This document shows, piece after piece, positions 50,860 through 64,000 of a stretch of 64,000 nucleotides of DNA. The DNA comes from Azolla caroliniana (Eukaryota > Plantae > Polypodiophyta), in assembly GCA_043228905.1 (NCBI GenBank), contig JBHGNT010000010.1, positions 16,740,001 to 16,804,000 on the forward strand. The letters are read 5' to 3'. Below the pieces are notes generated by a model. The model was given only the letters and a program-made list of their open reading frames with translations, was not told the DNA's origin and did not search any database. Within the stretch, counting starts at the first letter, position 1, and each line of letters begins with the position of its first letter. Both the position numbers and the translations under genes were made by a program.

Positions 50860-53800
50860 CAAGGTACTGTCATTGATAACTTGACTCTACCCCTTCTATT
50901 GTCACCAATAACATGATTCTTTGGGTAAGCCGAGTAACCTAGTTGTGTCTTCGATAACCCAGCTCTGCCCCTTCTACTGTCTCCATTAACTCAACTCTTT
51001 TGGATAACCCGAGTAACCCGTCTTTGTCAAGGGTAAGTTGACAAAGACACCAGTAATCCGACTGATTTGAGTAACCCAATTGAAAATTTGTGTTGAGTTC
51101 AAAAACTTTTAAGTTCAATTTTTTTTTTCCCAAAGATCAAAAGCATATTCACATATCAAAATATTCGAGTTTTACACATATAAAAACTTCACCATGAAAA
51201 TAAAACGTGGAATCCATCACCAAATGTAAAACAAAAAGTTAGAAGATCATTCCAAACATCATTCCGTCTCAAATTTCATACACAATTAAATTTTGGGCAA
51301 CAAAAGTTCGAAGCAACAAAATTTTAGCTACTAGGAAACTTAAAATGCCACAAAAGTTCAATCAAGGAAACCTTCAAAGATCACACACATTCTGCAAAAC
51401 CATAACCACCTAACCTTTTAGACTTCAGAGACACGACAAATTATGGCCACCATTAAAAATTTTGTGGCCAATTTTTTTTGAAGATACTAGAAACTTCAAC
51501 TTACACAAAATTCCAATCGCGAAAAGTTTCGAATATCATACCATATCCAATGTTGATTTTGGAGACTAAAAACCTAAAAACTCAGAGACCAAAAACCTAA
51601 AAAACCATTGGATAGAAACAAAAAGTTCGAGATCATGGCTCTTGTGGGGAGGATGGCAAAATACAACCATAATTTTTGCATCAATCAACATTTGCGTCAC
51701 TAAGTCAAGGTCATGCCATCACAATGTGGGCACAATGCAAACACCGAACATTCTCGGTCTCACATATGGGCAACTACCTCTTAGCATGACAAGTGCATCT
51801 TTGTAGTCTTCCAGTGTGTGTTTTGGTTTTTATTTGGGGAGTTGCCAATAACTTATTGCAAAATGTCAAGCATCACTCCTCTTTTCACACCAATTTGTTG
51901 CTTCCGATTTATGGATTATGTTTCTACCTCATTTGTTGATTTCGGTGCACTTAAACCATAAAACTTTTTCTTCAGATCTACGACTTGTTACATACAATAC
52001 CCGTCAACAAAACCTATTGAAGGATCCTAACCCTTGCTCGAGCAACTAAACAACTTCCCGTGTTTGATGTATTTGAGACTTCCATCATTCCACCTTAATG
52101 GTTCTACATTCATCTCCATGACAGTTATTTCCTTCATCTCCATGTATGTTTATGTGATATCATCCATTCACATCAGGGTTGTTTAACCTATAAATGGTAA
52201 CGAGCCACGTAGGGTTACTACAATGAGTTGGTGTAGAAAGTAGCGTGCGGAAGCAAGTATAAAGACAGAACAGAAGGGAGAACACTCAGGTTTAATGGAG
52301 AGCTTGAGCTTACACAATATACGCAGGAGAGACCGAGAGAGTTGGAGAGAAGACACCAAAAAGGAGAATATATTATTAAAGACAAAAAACCAATACATAT
52401 ATGTGTTCAATGAACACTTTGTACAAGCCCTAGAAGGACTGACTGGAGTACTGACAGTACTTCAATGCTCATTAAGAGCTCCTACACTAACTCCCAAATA
52501 TATTCCTCACAGAATATCTTTCCTAACGGCCTGACCGATCGGTCCTAGTCGATCCAGTCCTCGGCTTCTTCAGCCGATCCGGCCCATGTTGAGCTTGTCT
52601 CTCAACACTCCCCCTCAAGCTCAACTTGAGGCTCTTCGGGATCTTCACATCTCTGGTTCCTCTGGGCTTCACGCCTCGCTTGCGCTCCTCGACCTGTTCG
52701 ACTCTGCGCGCTTCGACCCTTACGGTCGGCTTGTCTGCTCATGTGACCCTTATCAGCTATTCTGTTGTTGCGGTGTCGACACTTCTTCTGCTACCTTTTC
52801 TTCCGCTTGGGCCTCGGTTGATTCAACTTGTCTGAATCAAACATCCGAACCGACTCGGCTACTTCCGATCGGTTTTCGCTCTCGTCCGAGTTGGCTGTCT
52901 CCAACTCGTCTTCGGTCTTCTCGCCCTCGATTGCGTCATCTCCCCCATGTGTGGTTGGCTTCGGCTCTCTCCTTCGGCTGCTCCCCTTCTGTCCACTTTC
53001 GGACTTTTCCGTGGATGCGCCCTCGGCTTCTTCAGCCGATCCAAAGTCGAACTCGACAACCAAGTCAACCGACTCGGACTCGGTGTCGCGGTCTCCGCTC
53101 CTTTCCTGCTGCCTTGCTTGGTCGTTCGGGACTGTTCTCCCCCTCAAGTATGGCACGTCAAGGTGATGCAACCCGAGCGCACCTGAGAATTGCCGCAACT
53201 TGTCCAGACCAAGAGGCTTTGTGAAGATGTCGGTAGTCTGCCGATTCATCGGCACATACTGAAGTTCGACTTCACCGGAAAGGACACGCTCACGGACGAA
53301 ATGGTAGTGCACCTCAATGTGCTTGGTTTGTGCGTGGAAAACGGGGTTCTTCGCGAGCTGGATACTGCTGAGGTTGTCGCAGTAGATCGTCGTCGGATCT
53401 GACACCTCCGCTTGCAGGTCCTTAAGTAGCCGCTTCAACCATATGGCTTCGCATGTCGCAACAACCGCTCCTCGGTACTCAGCTTCGATGCTCGACAGTG
53501 CAACTGTCGGCTGCTTCTTACTGCTCCACGCGATCGCGGCACTCCTGAGGGAGAACGCGTATCCGGACATGGATCGGCGATCGGCGGCGTTGCCTGCCCA
53601 ATCAACATCGGTGTAGCCGACTAACTGCGCGGTTGCACCGGTCCGATATAGCAGTCCTTGGTCCTTAGTGCCACTTACGTACCGCAGTACGCGTTGCGCA
53701 CACCGAAGGTGCTCCTCGGTAGGTCCCGCCAGGAACTAACTGAGCACTCCGACCGGATAACTGAGGTCGGGTTGGGTGATGGTCAAGTATATGAGGCTTC

Positions 53801-56800
53801 CGACAATTTGTCGGAACCTCGTTGGGTCGCATACCTTTCCCGTATCGGGACGAAGCTTGACGGTTTTGTCCAGAGGAGTCGAGACGAACTTACAGTCGGA
53901 CATCCCGAATTTGAAGAGCATACTCAGCACATAATGACGTTGGCTAATCAATATGCCTTCGGGGGTACGGATCACTTCGATCCCGAGGAAGTAATGAAGG
54001 TCCCCCAGATCCTTCATGTCGAACGATGCCGCAAGCTGAAGCTTCACGCGGTCGATTTCACCTAGGTCGGCGCCAGTGATGACCAAGTCATCAACATACA
54101 GTAAAATACTAACCGGTCCGAGTCGACCTTTCCGGATGAACAGGGAAGAGTCTGATTTTGACGTGACGAAGCCCATCCGACGCAGTTGTTGCGTGATCTT
54201 TGCGTTCCAGGCAAGCGGGGCTTGCTTCAGTCCGTAAAGGGACTTCTTCAGTCGGCATACTGCCGAGGAGTTCGTTCCGGAGTGAAATCCGGGGGGTTGT
54301 ACCATGTACACCTGTTCCTTAAGGTCACCTTGCAGGAACGCATTCTTTACATCCATTTGATGTAGGTGCCACCCCTTCGCCGCGGCTACTGCGAGCAAAA
54401 CACGGACGATCGTCATTTTCGCGATCGGCGCAAACGTCTCATCGTAGTCGATGCCGTGTTTCTGCGCGTAGCCCTTTGCCACTAGTCGAGCCTTGTACCG
54501 GTTAACGGAGCCATCGGTGTTGTACTTGACCTTGTACACCTACCTACACCCGATCGGTTTTACCCCGGTTGGTGCGTCAACCAGGTCCCAGGTCTCGTTC
54601 TCTGCCAATGCGTGCATCTCTTCCTCCATCGTGGCATGCCAATTCGCGTCTTTAGCCGCTTCTGCGTAGCTCTCTGGCTCACGCACTTCCGCTAAACGGG
54701 TCATGTACGCATAATGATGCGCCATGTACTCGTATCCGAACCGCAAAACAGGATTCTTCTGGCGGGTAGATCGGCGTAACCTCGCATTAGCCGATGTCGA
54801 GGCCTTCTCGGTCGACGCAGACTTCACCTTTAAAGACCCGTCACCGGTTCCCTCGAAGTCGGACTCGCGTCGGTCTGACTCGTTCCTATCCGTGCCGGAA
54901 TCCGACACCTTCTTCTTCCCTTTCTCTTTGCGCGTAAGCCGTCTCCTCGGCTTCCTACGCGGGGAATGCATGGCCGAGTCTCCACTACTCGCCGGCTCTT
55001 CATCGGACTGGTCGTACCGACTCAGTCGTCCAATCGGTCCACTTAACCGGAGTGAAATCGGACTCTCTTCGCGGGTCTCGATTTCGGGCTCATCCGGAGG
55101 CATCTCGGCCTCGCTGACCTCATCGTCAGAGCTCGGATTGGAGTCGAGGTTCGTAGTCGGGGGCAGGTACCAGGACGCGGACTCGTCAAACACAACGTCG
55201 CGGCTGACATGCGCTTGTTTGGTGCGAGGGTTATAGCACTTATAACCCTTCTGCTCGTCCAAGTAACCGACCAAGATGCATTTCTCGGCCTTTGCGACCA
55301 GCTTCCTCCTTTTCTCCTTCGGTACATGCACATACGCAATGCTACTGAACACCCTCAAGTGTCGTAAATTCGGCTTCGTTCCGAAGTATAGCTCGTGCGC
55401 CGACACCTTGTCTCCGATTCGGTTCTGGATGTATACCGCGGTCCTTACCGCCTCGGCCCAATAGAACTTGGGCAAGCTCTTCTCCTCCAGCATTGCCCGT
55501 GCCGCTTCCACAACTGACCGATTCTTTCTCTCGGCCATGCCGTTCGGCTCCGGCGTGTATCTACAACTGAATTCACGGCGAATTCCTATTTGTTGTAGGT
55601 AACCGTTGAATTGACCGAAAAAGTACTCTTTCCCGCCATCCGACCGCAGGCACTTGATCTTTCGTCCCGTTTCCGTTTCCACGAACCCTTTGAGGTCCCG
55701 AAAGCAGTCGAAGACTTCGTTCTTCCTCTCAATGAGGTAGATCCACGTGTGCGGCGTGTGATCGTCGATGAAGGAGACGAAATATCGGCTCCCACCAAGA
55801 CTAACGTTTTGTGCCGGCCCCCATACATCAGAGTGTATAAGGTCGAGCTTGTTCCGGCTCCGGTTTCGCTCGTTGGGGAAAGGAAGTCGGTGTTGCTTCC
55901 CGAGCTGGCAGGCTTCACAAATTTGTGCCTTTCGGCCACTAAACTTGGGCAATCCGAACACTACCTGTTTCGATTGCAAATCTTGAAGCCGCTGGTAGTT
56001 GACGTGGCCTATCCGCTTGTGCCACAAGTCGATGTCCGACTCGGCTTTTTGTCCCTTTGCGAACATTGCGGTGCCGCCGTCAGTGGAGTCGAGGATGAAC
56101 ATCCTCCCGTCTCTGCGCCCTTGCGCAATCACACGGCCTTCTTCCTCAATGAAGCACCCGAGGTGTGTAAACCGAACCTCCATCCCTTGGTCGACGATAT
56201 GTCCGACCGAGACCAAGTTTTTCGTGATTGTCAGAACGTGCAGCACGTTCATGAGTTTCCCTTTCTGCCCGACATGGCTAAGGGGAACTTCTCCGACATT
56301 CGCGATAGGATGTGGAGTGTCGTCTCCTGTTGCGACTACTCCAGGTTGTATCGGTTTTTCAAGGTACGAGAACCACTCCTTATGGCTCGTCATGTGGTTT
56401 GACGCGCCGGAGTCTACGTACCACACCTCGTCTGATCTCAGGGTGCTCTGTTTCATTGAGTTTGCTTTGTGTCTCGACACGAAGGCAGACCCTTCTCCGG
56501 CTCTCCCGGAGTCTTCGGCGTAGTGCGATCGCTGCGGATTTCCCTTGTCGGTATGTCTGGAGCCGTTTCCGGAACCGGTTCTCTCCGAATCGGCGCGCTT
56601 CTTCCAGCACTCACTTTCCCTGTGGCCTTTCTTGCCACAGTACTAGCACTCCGCGATGGCCTTCCCTTGTCGGTTCTCATCGCTTCGACTCCCCCTGTTT
56701 CCGGAGGGTCCGGAGTTGCTGTCGGCATCACTTCGGTGCCTTCTTCCTTGATCTCGTTAGCCGCCTCCATTGCGCGCTGACTCGCCTCGTCCTCCACGTC

Positions 56801-58201
56801 CACGAGGCCTATCTCCCTCCATGTACAACATTCTGTTGTCGGTGTGCGTGCTTGTAGACGCACCCGTGTGGTTCTCCTCTACCAGGAGCATCGACTGTAA
56901 GTCGAAAAAGGACGGCGTATTCTCCCGAGTACACACAGTCGTTCGGAACGCTCCGAACTTCGACGCCAAACCTCCGAAACAGATCTGGACCATCTCGCTC
57001 TCCTCGATGTTCACCTCTATGGAGGCGAGGGAGTCGCAAATATCCTTGATCTTTGAGGTATAGTCCGCCACCGACAAGTCGCGTTGTCGTAGGTTGCTCA
57101 ACTCCTGTCAGAGCTGAAGCTTCCTAATTGTGGTGCTCGCGACGAAAATCTTCTTCAGATTCTCCCACGCCCCCTTCGGCGTCTTTGCATCCCGAACATA
57201 GCTCAATAGTTGATCGCCCACACACGACGTGAAGCAGTATAATACCCTGCTCGCCGATTGCTCCCACGACGGAAAGTCTCTGTGTGTCGATTCGGGTGCC
57301 GCGTCATTAGCTCCTTCGACATAACTCCAGTAGTCGTGCCCGATCAGGTACTGGTGCATCTTGTAGGACCAAGACGCGTAGTTGGTTCTGTCGAGCTTCT
57401 CCGTTGGAAGCAAGCTTGCCATGCCTCTATCCATCGTTCTTCTTGTTCTTCTTCAACAAGATGTGTCGGCTGCAGAGAGGTTCTCAACCATCGCGCTCTG
57501 ATACCATGTAGAAAGTAGCGTGCGGAAGCAAGTATAAAGACAGAACAGAAGGGAGAACACTCAGGTTTAATGGAGAGCTTGAGCTTACACAGTATACGTA
57601 GGAGAGACCGAGAGAGTTGGAGAGAAGACACCAAAAAGGAGAATATATTATTAAAGACAAAAAACCAATACATATATGTGTTCAATGAACACTTTGTACA
57701 AGCCCTAGAAGGACTGACTGGAGTACTGATATTACTTCAATGCTCATTAAGAGCTCCTACACTAACTCCCAAATATATTCCTCACAGAATATCTTTCCTA
57801 ACGGCCTGACCGATCGGTCCTAGTCGATCCGGTCCTCGGCTTCTTCAGCCGATCCGGCCGATGTTGAGCTTGTCTCTCATCAGTTGGGTTACTACATTGA
57901 GTTGGGTTATTGGAATGAGTCGGGCTACTACATTGAGTCGAGGTTACTATGATGAGCCGGGCTACTCACTATTGAAAAATTGATTTGGCTTATTGCGATG
58001 AATCGGGCTATTGAGATTAAAATTTGAGTTGCGTTGTTGCTCCAAGTTGGGCCACTGAGGTTTATGTTGAGTCGAGTTATTGCAACAACTCGAGTCGGGT
58101 TACTTCTTCGAGTTGGGCTATTGATACGAGTCAAGTCGGGTTACTTAGATGAATTAGGCTATTGTCATTTGAAGGGTATAGTTACTCAGGGTAACGTGCT
58201 G
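50860..58201. mobile_element. Old DNA-transposon-like element with GAGTAACCC/GGGTTACTC subterminal repeats; host of the Copia insertion
   Basis: ccgagtaacc motifs at 50920-51080 are mirrored by gggttact motifs at 52210 and 57885-58195. No TSD found. Confidence 0.4.
52232..57882 (-). mobile_element. Full-length Ty1/Copia LTR retrotransposon. LTRs 52232-52607 and 57507-57882 (376 bp), TSD GTTGG, PBS 57495-57506, PPT 52608-52619. gag-pol is disrupted
   Basis: TG...CA LTRs with ~7 differences, TGGTATCAGAGC PBS, order gag-PR (WYVDSGASNH)-INT-RT (LYVDD)-RNase H. Confidence 0.98.
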
Positions 58202-58294
58202 ACTGTGATCCCCTCACTAGGCCTCTTTATGATCTAGTGGCAAATAGGCACATCATATCTATATACACCATATGTATGTATGTATGTAATAGAT

Positions 58295-60916
58295 ATGTAC
58301 GTTCATGTCTATTTGCACCTAACACATAAATAGGGTTGGCAAGGGAATCACAACCACTACGGTGTAGGTCACTCAAGGGCGTGTGCAATATGCACCGTCC
58401 AATTAGGATTAAAAATAAATAAATTCTTGTTTTGGTCGCCCGACTCAAAGGCGGTTGCTTGACCATGTTAGAACAATTAATAAAGTAATAAATAAAAGTA
58501 ATACTAAAAGTGAATGGTTTAGTTATTAGAGTCATTCCTTACATTTAATAGGTGAAAAGTTTGAATATTTGACATTTAACTTCTTTCTTTTTTAGGGTTT
58601 TGACATTTGATTTTGGAAATTTAGCAACTAGCAATTGATTCTTGCATGTATATTAATGTATTGCTCCCATTGACGAGGAAGTGAGTAATATATGATTGAT
58701 TCAATATGTGAAGCTTATGAATCAATATGTGTGTTACATATCAATCACACCATTGGCAATACAACATTTCTTTCTAATGCACATTTTCATTAGATTATAT
58801 ATAGTTTGCAACAAAAATACAAATGCAAAACCAACTTACTATAATAAGGAAACGTGTTTCAAATCAAACCACCATTACACATAAGGTTCAAATGATGTTT
58901 AAGAAAAAAAAAAATTGTTAGACTAGAGGAAAGTAATGGAATCAATTATACATTACAACACATACAATTATTCATTTATCAATCGGCCAGACTATCTCCC
59001 CCCTTTACAACAACCACAACTTAAATATTTTTAATACTTTTAATGATTCAATCATTGGACCACCTGACTAGGTATCCTCTCCATACTTTAAAATAACCTT
59101 CACCGTTTCAAGCCTAATGAAGTGTCCTTCATTTCCTTACTAATTTACAAATGTGACCTTCCAATTGTTACATATCCGTTAGTCTAAGCAATAATCTACC
59201 TATTATTGGCTTTAAATTGCTCTTTATGATTGTCCAAAAATTGTCCAACATATTATACGATCATACACACAATTATCATATGCACCTTTAAACATCAAAT
59301 ATGATTGTCCAAAAATTGTCCAACATATGTTACGATTATACACGCAAATTATCATATACACCTTCAAACATCGAATATGACCGGAAAGATAAAAAATGAA
59401 AGATATTTGATTAATAAGGGTATTTGATATACAATGTATGGTGGGCAACCATTGGCATTTTCCAAAATATAAAATGTTACAATTTACAATTTTTGGTAAT
59501 ATTGCATCGATGATACCAAATTTACAAAATCCTAATTGATCACGAATACGGAAATCCCCAAACCCTTTGTGCCCACTTTGCGACATTGATCCAAAGGCGT
59601 TGCACGTCTTCGTGTTCGAACCATTTCTCTATGCTCTGGAACCAAATACGTATAAGAGCCAAGATCTATAAATTCCACAATTGACATCCAAATCAAATCA
59701 TATTTACAAAATCTAGAGATGTCCACCCAAGAGTAACTCCTCTACTGGCATTTGTATGGTCTTCATGACATAAAAGCCCCAATCCCAACCATTTGGTTTG
59801 TCCAACCTCTCTCCACCCTTAGAATTGTCGGATGTACAACTTCTATTTTGTCTTCTCATGAATATCCTAGAACCAAAGCATCGGTTAACATACATGCATC
59901 ACTAGCAATAAAAAATTATTTTTGACATATATCCCTTCACTTGGATATAGGTCATCCTTATCACAATCCAACTACTCTTCATATTGGACCTAACAACCAT
60001 CTATACAATCAAGCAAAACCAATAATCAAAAATCAAATTTAGTGGAACATGTCATACATACATATGGAGGTGATTTTGGGTAATAAAAAAAAATCTTCCA
60101 ACAAAAGATGAAGGTGAATTATCTATCTTGCATCAATAATCTCACAGAAATGTATGACACAATATCAACATTAGTATATACTACTCCCCACAGATACACC
60201 TTCAATCCGCATAGATTTGATCGTGATTTGGATCCTTGACCTTAATTTTGCATTTCTCCATCTTTGATATCAGGGAGGTTGCAAAATGACAATCTTCACA
60301 AATACGTATGTTCTCCATGTTTAATATTGCCTGAAATAGATTGCAATACACAATGTAATCATGGAGAACAAGTGAAGAGCCCTTTCAATCTCGCCAAGTT
60401 GAGCATATCCAGCAACGTTGTCCTATTTCGGAACCATTTTCATGAAATATATGATTTACAGTCTAAAAAATTTGCAAAACAAGTAGAAACAAATAAAATA
60501 CTAACCTATGAAGTAAGTTGGTGGCAATGAAGATGGTGTTCCAAATACACATCGACAACTGGCTGACCCGCTGCTTTTGTTTCCCTGCCTCAAAAACCCC
60601 TACAATCTTGTTTAAAAAATGTGACAAAATGACAGGTTTTAGGGGTTTATACTTGTTGTATCAGTTGGGTGACCGAGGTGGTGATAGTTGGGTGACCATA
60701 TTTGGTTGGGCGACCGAGCTAGTGATAGTTGGGGCGACTCACGAGTAGTAGTCGGGTGACTACTGACAACTTTTTATTTGGCGCGTTTTGGTTTCATCCA
60801 GATCGGGGACGGTGCATATAGCACGCGTCCTCAGTTGAGCAATCTGCACCGTCCGTGGCCGCGATTCCCTGAGCAGCCCTATTTACATATGATTTAGGTG
60901 CAAATAGACACGTCGG
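58295..60916. mobile_element. Non-autonomous long-TIR (Mutator-like) element with a Ulp1 remnant (59540-59810, minus), flanked by (TATG)n
   Basis: 58303-58446 is the imperfect reverse complement of 60752-60912 (tgtctatttgcacctaa...aaataggg...gggaatc...tgcaccgtcc). Internal KPNGWDWGFYVMKTIQM. Confidence 0.65.
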
Positions 60917-61055
60917 ATGTATGTATGTATGTATGTATGTATGTATTGTATGTATGTATGTATGTATGTATGTATGTATGTATGTATGTATGTATTGTAT
61001 GTATGTATGTATGTATGTCTTGTATGTATGTATGTATGTATGTATGTATGTATGT
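60917..61055. repeat. (TATG)n microsatellite
   Basis: Directly visible. Confidence 0.95.
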
Positions 61056-61201
61056 ACTCATATGGTGGATGCTTCTGCTTGAGCCTTGAATTGTGCTGCA
61101 GGAAATCCTCCCTCCTGAACGAAGAAGACGCAGAATCTGGGTGTCATATTCTTCAAACAGCAAGAAGAAGAAGAAGGAGGAGGAGAAGTTGGAAGAGGAA
61201 T

Positions 61202-63901
61202 ATGAAGATGAAGATGAAGGTGAAGACTTTATGGCCAGGGAAACTCTTCTTCTGTCTGTGTGTTTATTTACTTGGCCATGATGCTTCCTTCTCATACCTG
61301 GTAAGTTCTGATCATACCTATCCACTTGATCTTTTAAATCCTTTCAATAGTTTCAATCCGGACATGTTTTCTCCTCTCTTGATTCGTGTAAGCTCGGACT
61401 AATTTAAATTAAAGAAGATCACGCGGTTATGTTCTCCCTCTCCCTCTCCCTCTACTTCTCCGTCTCGCTCCTTTCTTTCTTTTTCTTATCAGAATCAAAT
61501 ATGACCTTCGTTTCTTGCAACATCACCTTATATACAGAGATCTTGGATATTCTTTGACTTGTGCTTAGGTCTGGATAATTTGTTAGAGATACAGATTTAC
61601 TGTTGATCAAATAATGTATTCAATTTCCTCTTCTTCTTGGTCGTTCATGCTTTCTCCCAAGCTGCTTGTTTGACTGCATCTATATTGATGAGAAGTTGAA
61701 CTGCAAAGTTGTTGTCCAAGGATTCTCCAGAAATGTATTTCAAATTCGAATTTTGTTTATTCTACTTCTCAACAACTATATTGATGATAAGGCTAACTTT
61801 AAGGTTTTTTATTGATCTTTCTTTTGTCCTTCTTTGATTAAATCTATATTTAGAAGAACTTGAACTTAAAAAAAGGTTGTAAAATGAGAACTAATTTCTT
61901 CAACAACATTTATATTTATGAATTTGAATTAAAATCTGGTTGTAAAATGATTCTAGAGAAGTAAGGTCCACTCGAGGAAAATATTTCTTAAGAGACTGTG
62001 ACACTAGTATAGAGTGATTTTAGTAATCATCAATTTTCAGCTGCTAATAGATACTACCAAGAGAATCGCACCAACGTACCCCAAGTTTTTCATTATCTTC
62101 TCTGATGGTCCCATGTTTTTGGCGTTTCTCTAGATGCCAAAAACAGAAAAACAGAAAAGGGTATGAATTGACTGTGTAAATGCTCAATGAGCACATGGAA
62201 TTGCTCAAAGAGGGGCTAATAAAGGGCATTTGGGGAAATAATGAAGCAGTGTGGACATAAAGAAAAACTCGGGGTATCTCAGGCTTTTCTTCTACTATTA
62301 ACAGTGCCTATTGACTGACATGAATTATTTTTTTCAATTGCTAGCGTGATACTAAATTGTAATATGCTTTAGTGACACAGGATTATACATATGATGCTAT
62401 GCTTGCATAATAGTTGCAAGGGTTTTAGTTAAAGATCAAAATATGAATGATATACTTGTTATTTCTGGATATTTCTTACTTGTTCGAAGTCTTTTTACAA
62501 GGGGTGACTGCTTTTGGTCAGGAGGCTTCAGCAAGCAGAGCCAATCCATAACCATGACATTCATTGTTCAAGGGAACGGAGCAGGACAGCTTGGAATGTT
62601 ATTGATGAGGTACATCAATCTTCTTTTATTAATTGATCAAGGTTTATTACAACAATTGTGTGTGATAAATTTTATTAAGGAAAAACTCTGAAAAACCCTA
62701 GTTTCTATTTATTTTTTGAGAATTTTGCAGTGCACACACTGAAAGAGAGAAAAAGGGGATGCATTGACAACATAATCACTCAAATAGTACATGTAATTGA
62801 GAATTAAGAGATGAATTGATCATATAATTGCTGAAGTAGCACATATAATTGGTGGAGAGGGGGTTGAACAAGGGCATTTGATCAATGCAGAAGTTCTAGA
62901 TCGTATAATTATTTGGATTAATCGCTTAAATAAAAATAGCATGCATAATCATGCACCACATGCGACATGTATGAGTGTATAACTGCATCATTTCTACCAT
63001 ATATAATCTATATAACTGTCTAATTATTGGCTTTCTGAAATCTTTGACACACACAAGCTCAGTACAATATGTATGTTGCCTTTAATAGGAATACATGGAT
63101 TTAGGTGTACCTAATGTCATGTGTGTCCTCTCTAAAAGAAAATTATCTGATCTAGTCACATATTATTATGAGTATTCACTGGTAAATAACTAGGACAGGG
63201 TTACGTTTGAATATAGCCAAGTGTCTAGACAATATAGATCTATTCTATTATTGACATGTAACACACTTCAAAGGTCCATGGTGGGGGGTCAACCCCATCT
63301 ACTGCATTGGCATCTCAGTGGTTTGCATCCTTCTTGCTACTCACAGCTGTCAATTCTCCCTGCTAGTGCTGCTACAGACTTTGTTGGCACCTGACAACCT
63401 CAACTCAATCTGATTCTCTGTTGCTACACGGAACCACTGTTGGATGAACCTTGAAATAAGATAAATGACAATGCTGTCACTTGGTTAGACCATTCCACTA
63501 GTGCAACCTTTTGTAGGCTGCAATAATATATCTAAATGGCCATATATTATTGCTAACATTCAGTTGAAATGCCATGTTGTAATTGTACATTTTGGATATA
63601 TTGAAATCATATACCTGTCTGCAATAAGTACTATGCATTTATGCAATATTTAAAATTTTATCCTCTAATATTGCTCTGAAAATTTGTGCAGTACTTGCTT
63701 CCATTTGTGAAAGAAGCCAAATATAACATTCCTGAGGCTTGTAGGCTTCATCCCAATAATGATATTTTTAGAGAACAAGAGATGAAGAAAGAGCATATTT
63801 CAACAAGTCAATGGCAATGTTCTAATTGCAAGAAAATGTTTCGCTCTGAGAAGTATTTGGATCAACATCTTGACAACCGACATCGTGCTTTGCTTAATTA
63901 T
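61202..63901 (+). CDS. 5' part of a plant C2H2 zinc-finger family gene with an N-terminal signal-peptide-like segment. Exons 61202-61300, ~62532-62609, 63692-63901; continues past the window
   Basis: MKMKMKVKTLWPGKLFFCLCVYLLGHDASFSYL | HDIHCSRERSRTAWNVIDE | YLLPFV...CRLHP...WQCSNCKKMFRSEKYLDQHLDNRH. Confidence 0.85.
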
Positions 63902-64000
63902 GTGAGTACATCTAATCAAGTTGATGTAGCAAACACCTTGTTTAGTAGTCTTATAGACATGAACTTCCTTCCCTGCAACCTAAATTATCCTTTATGTTTA

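Noticed and set aside
52586-57063. Long plus-strand ORFs within the Copia element
   Set aside because: Antisense shadows of a GC-rich pol gene with no recognisable domains.
60894-61200. MYVC/HTYI repeat ORFs
   Set aside because: Translations of (TATG)n. Only the segment from 61202 fits a gene.

Overview
AT-rich, intron-containing eukaryotic nuclear DNA from a land plant, probably a seed-free plant such as a fern (inference only). Host genes assembled by hand from splice sites: ATG7 (14 coding exons, minus strand, one GC-AG intron), SEC61 gamma (minus), FKBP20-1-type PPIase (plus), a PIRL-type LRR gene (plus), a small PET117-like ORF (minus) and the 5' part of a signal-peptide C2H2 zinc-finger gene (plus, runs off the window). 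The rest is mostly transposon material: a young full-length Ty1/Copia element with TSD, two truncated Copia copies in opposite orientation, a solo LTR, hAT-type MITEs, a long-TIR element carrying Ulp1 (SUMO protease) remnants, LINE and possible Helitron remnants, and tandem repeats. The most unusual signal is a minimal type I hammerhead ribozyme motif (20640-20676, minus) just downstream of a TATA box, at the end of a ~1 kb G-rich non-coding segment. This looks like a Penelope/retrozyme-type non-autonomous element. Also notable: ends of the Ulp1-carrying TIR family lie directly upstream of two host genes. All coordinates were counted by eye and no database searches were run.
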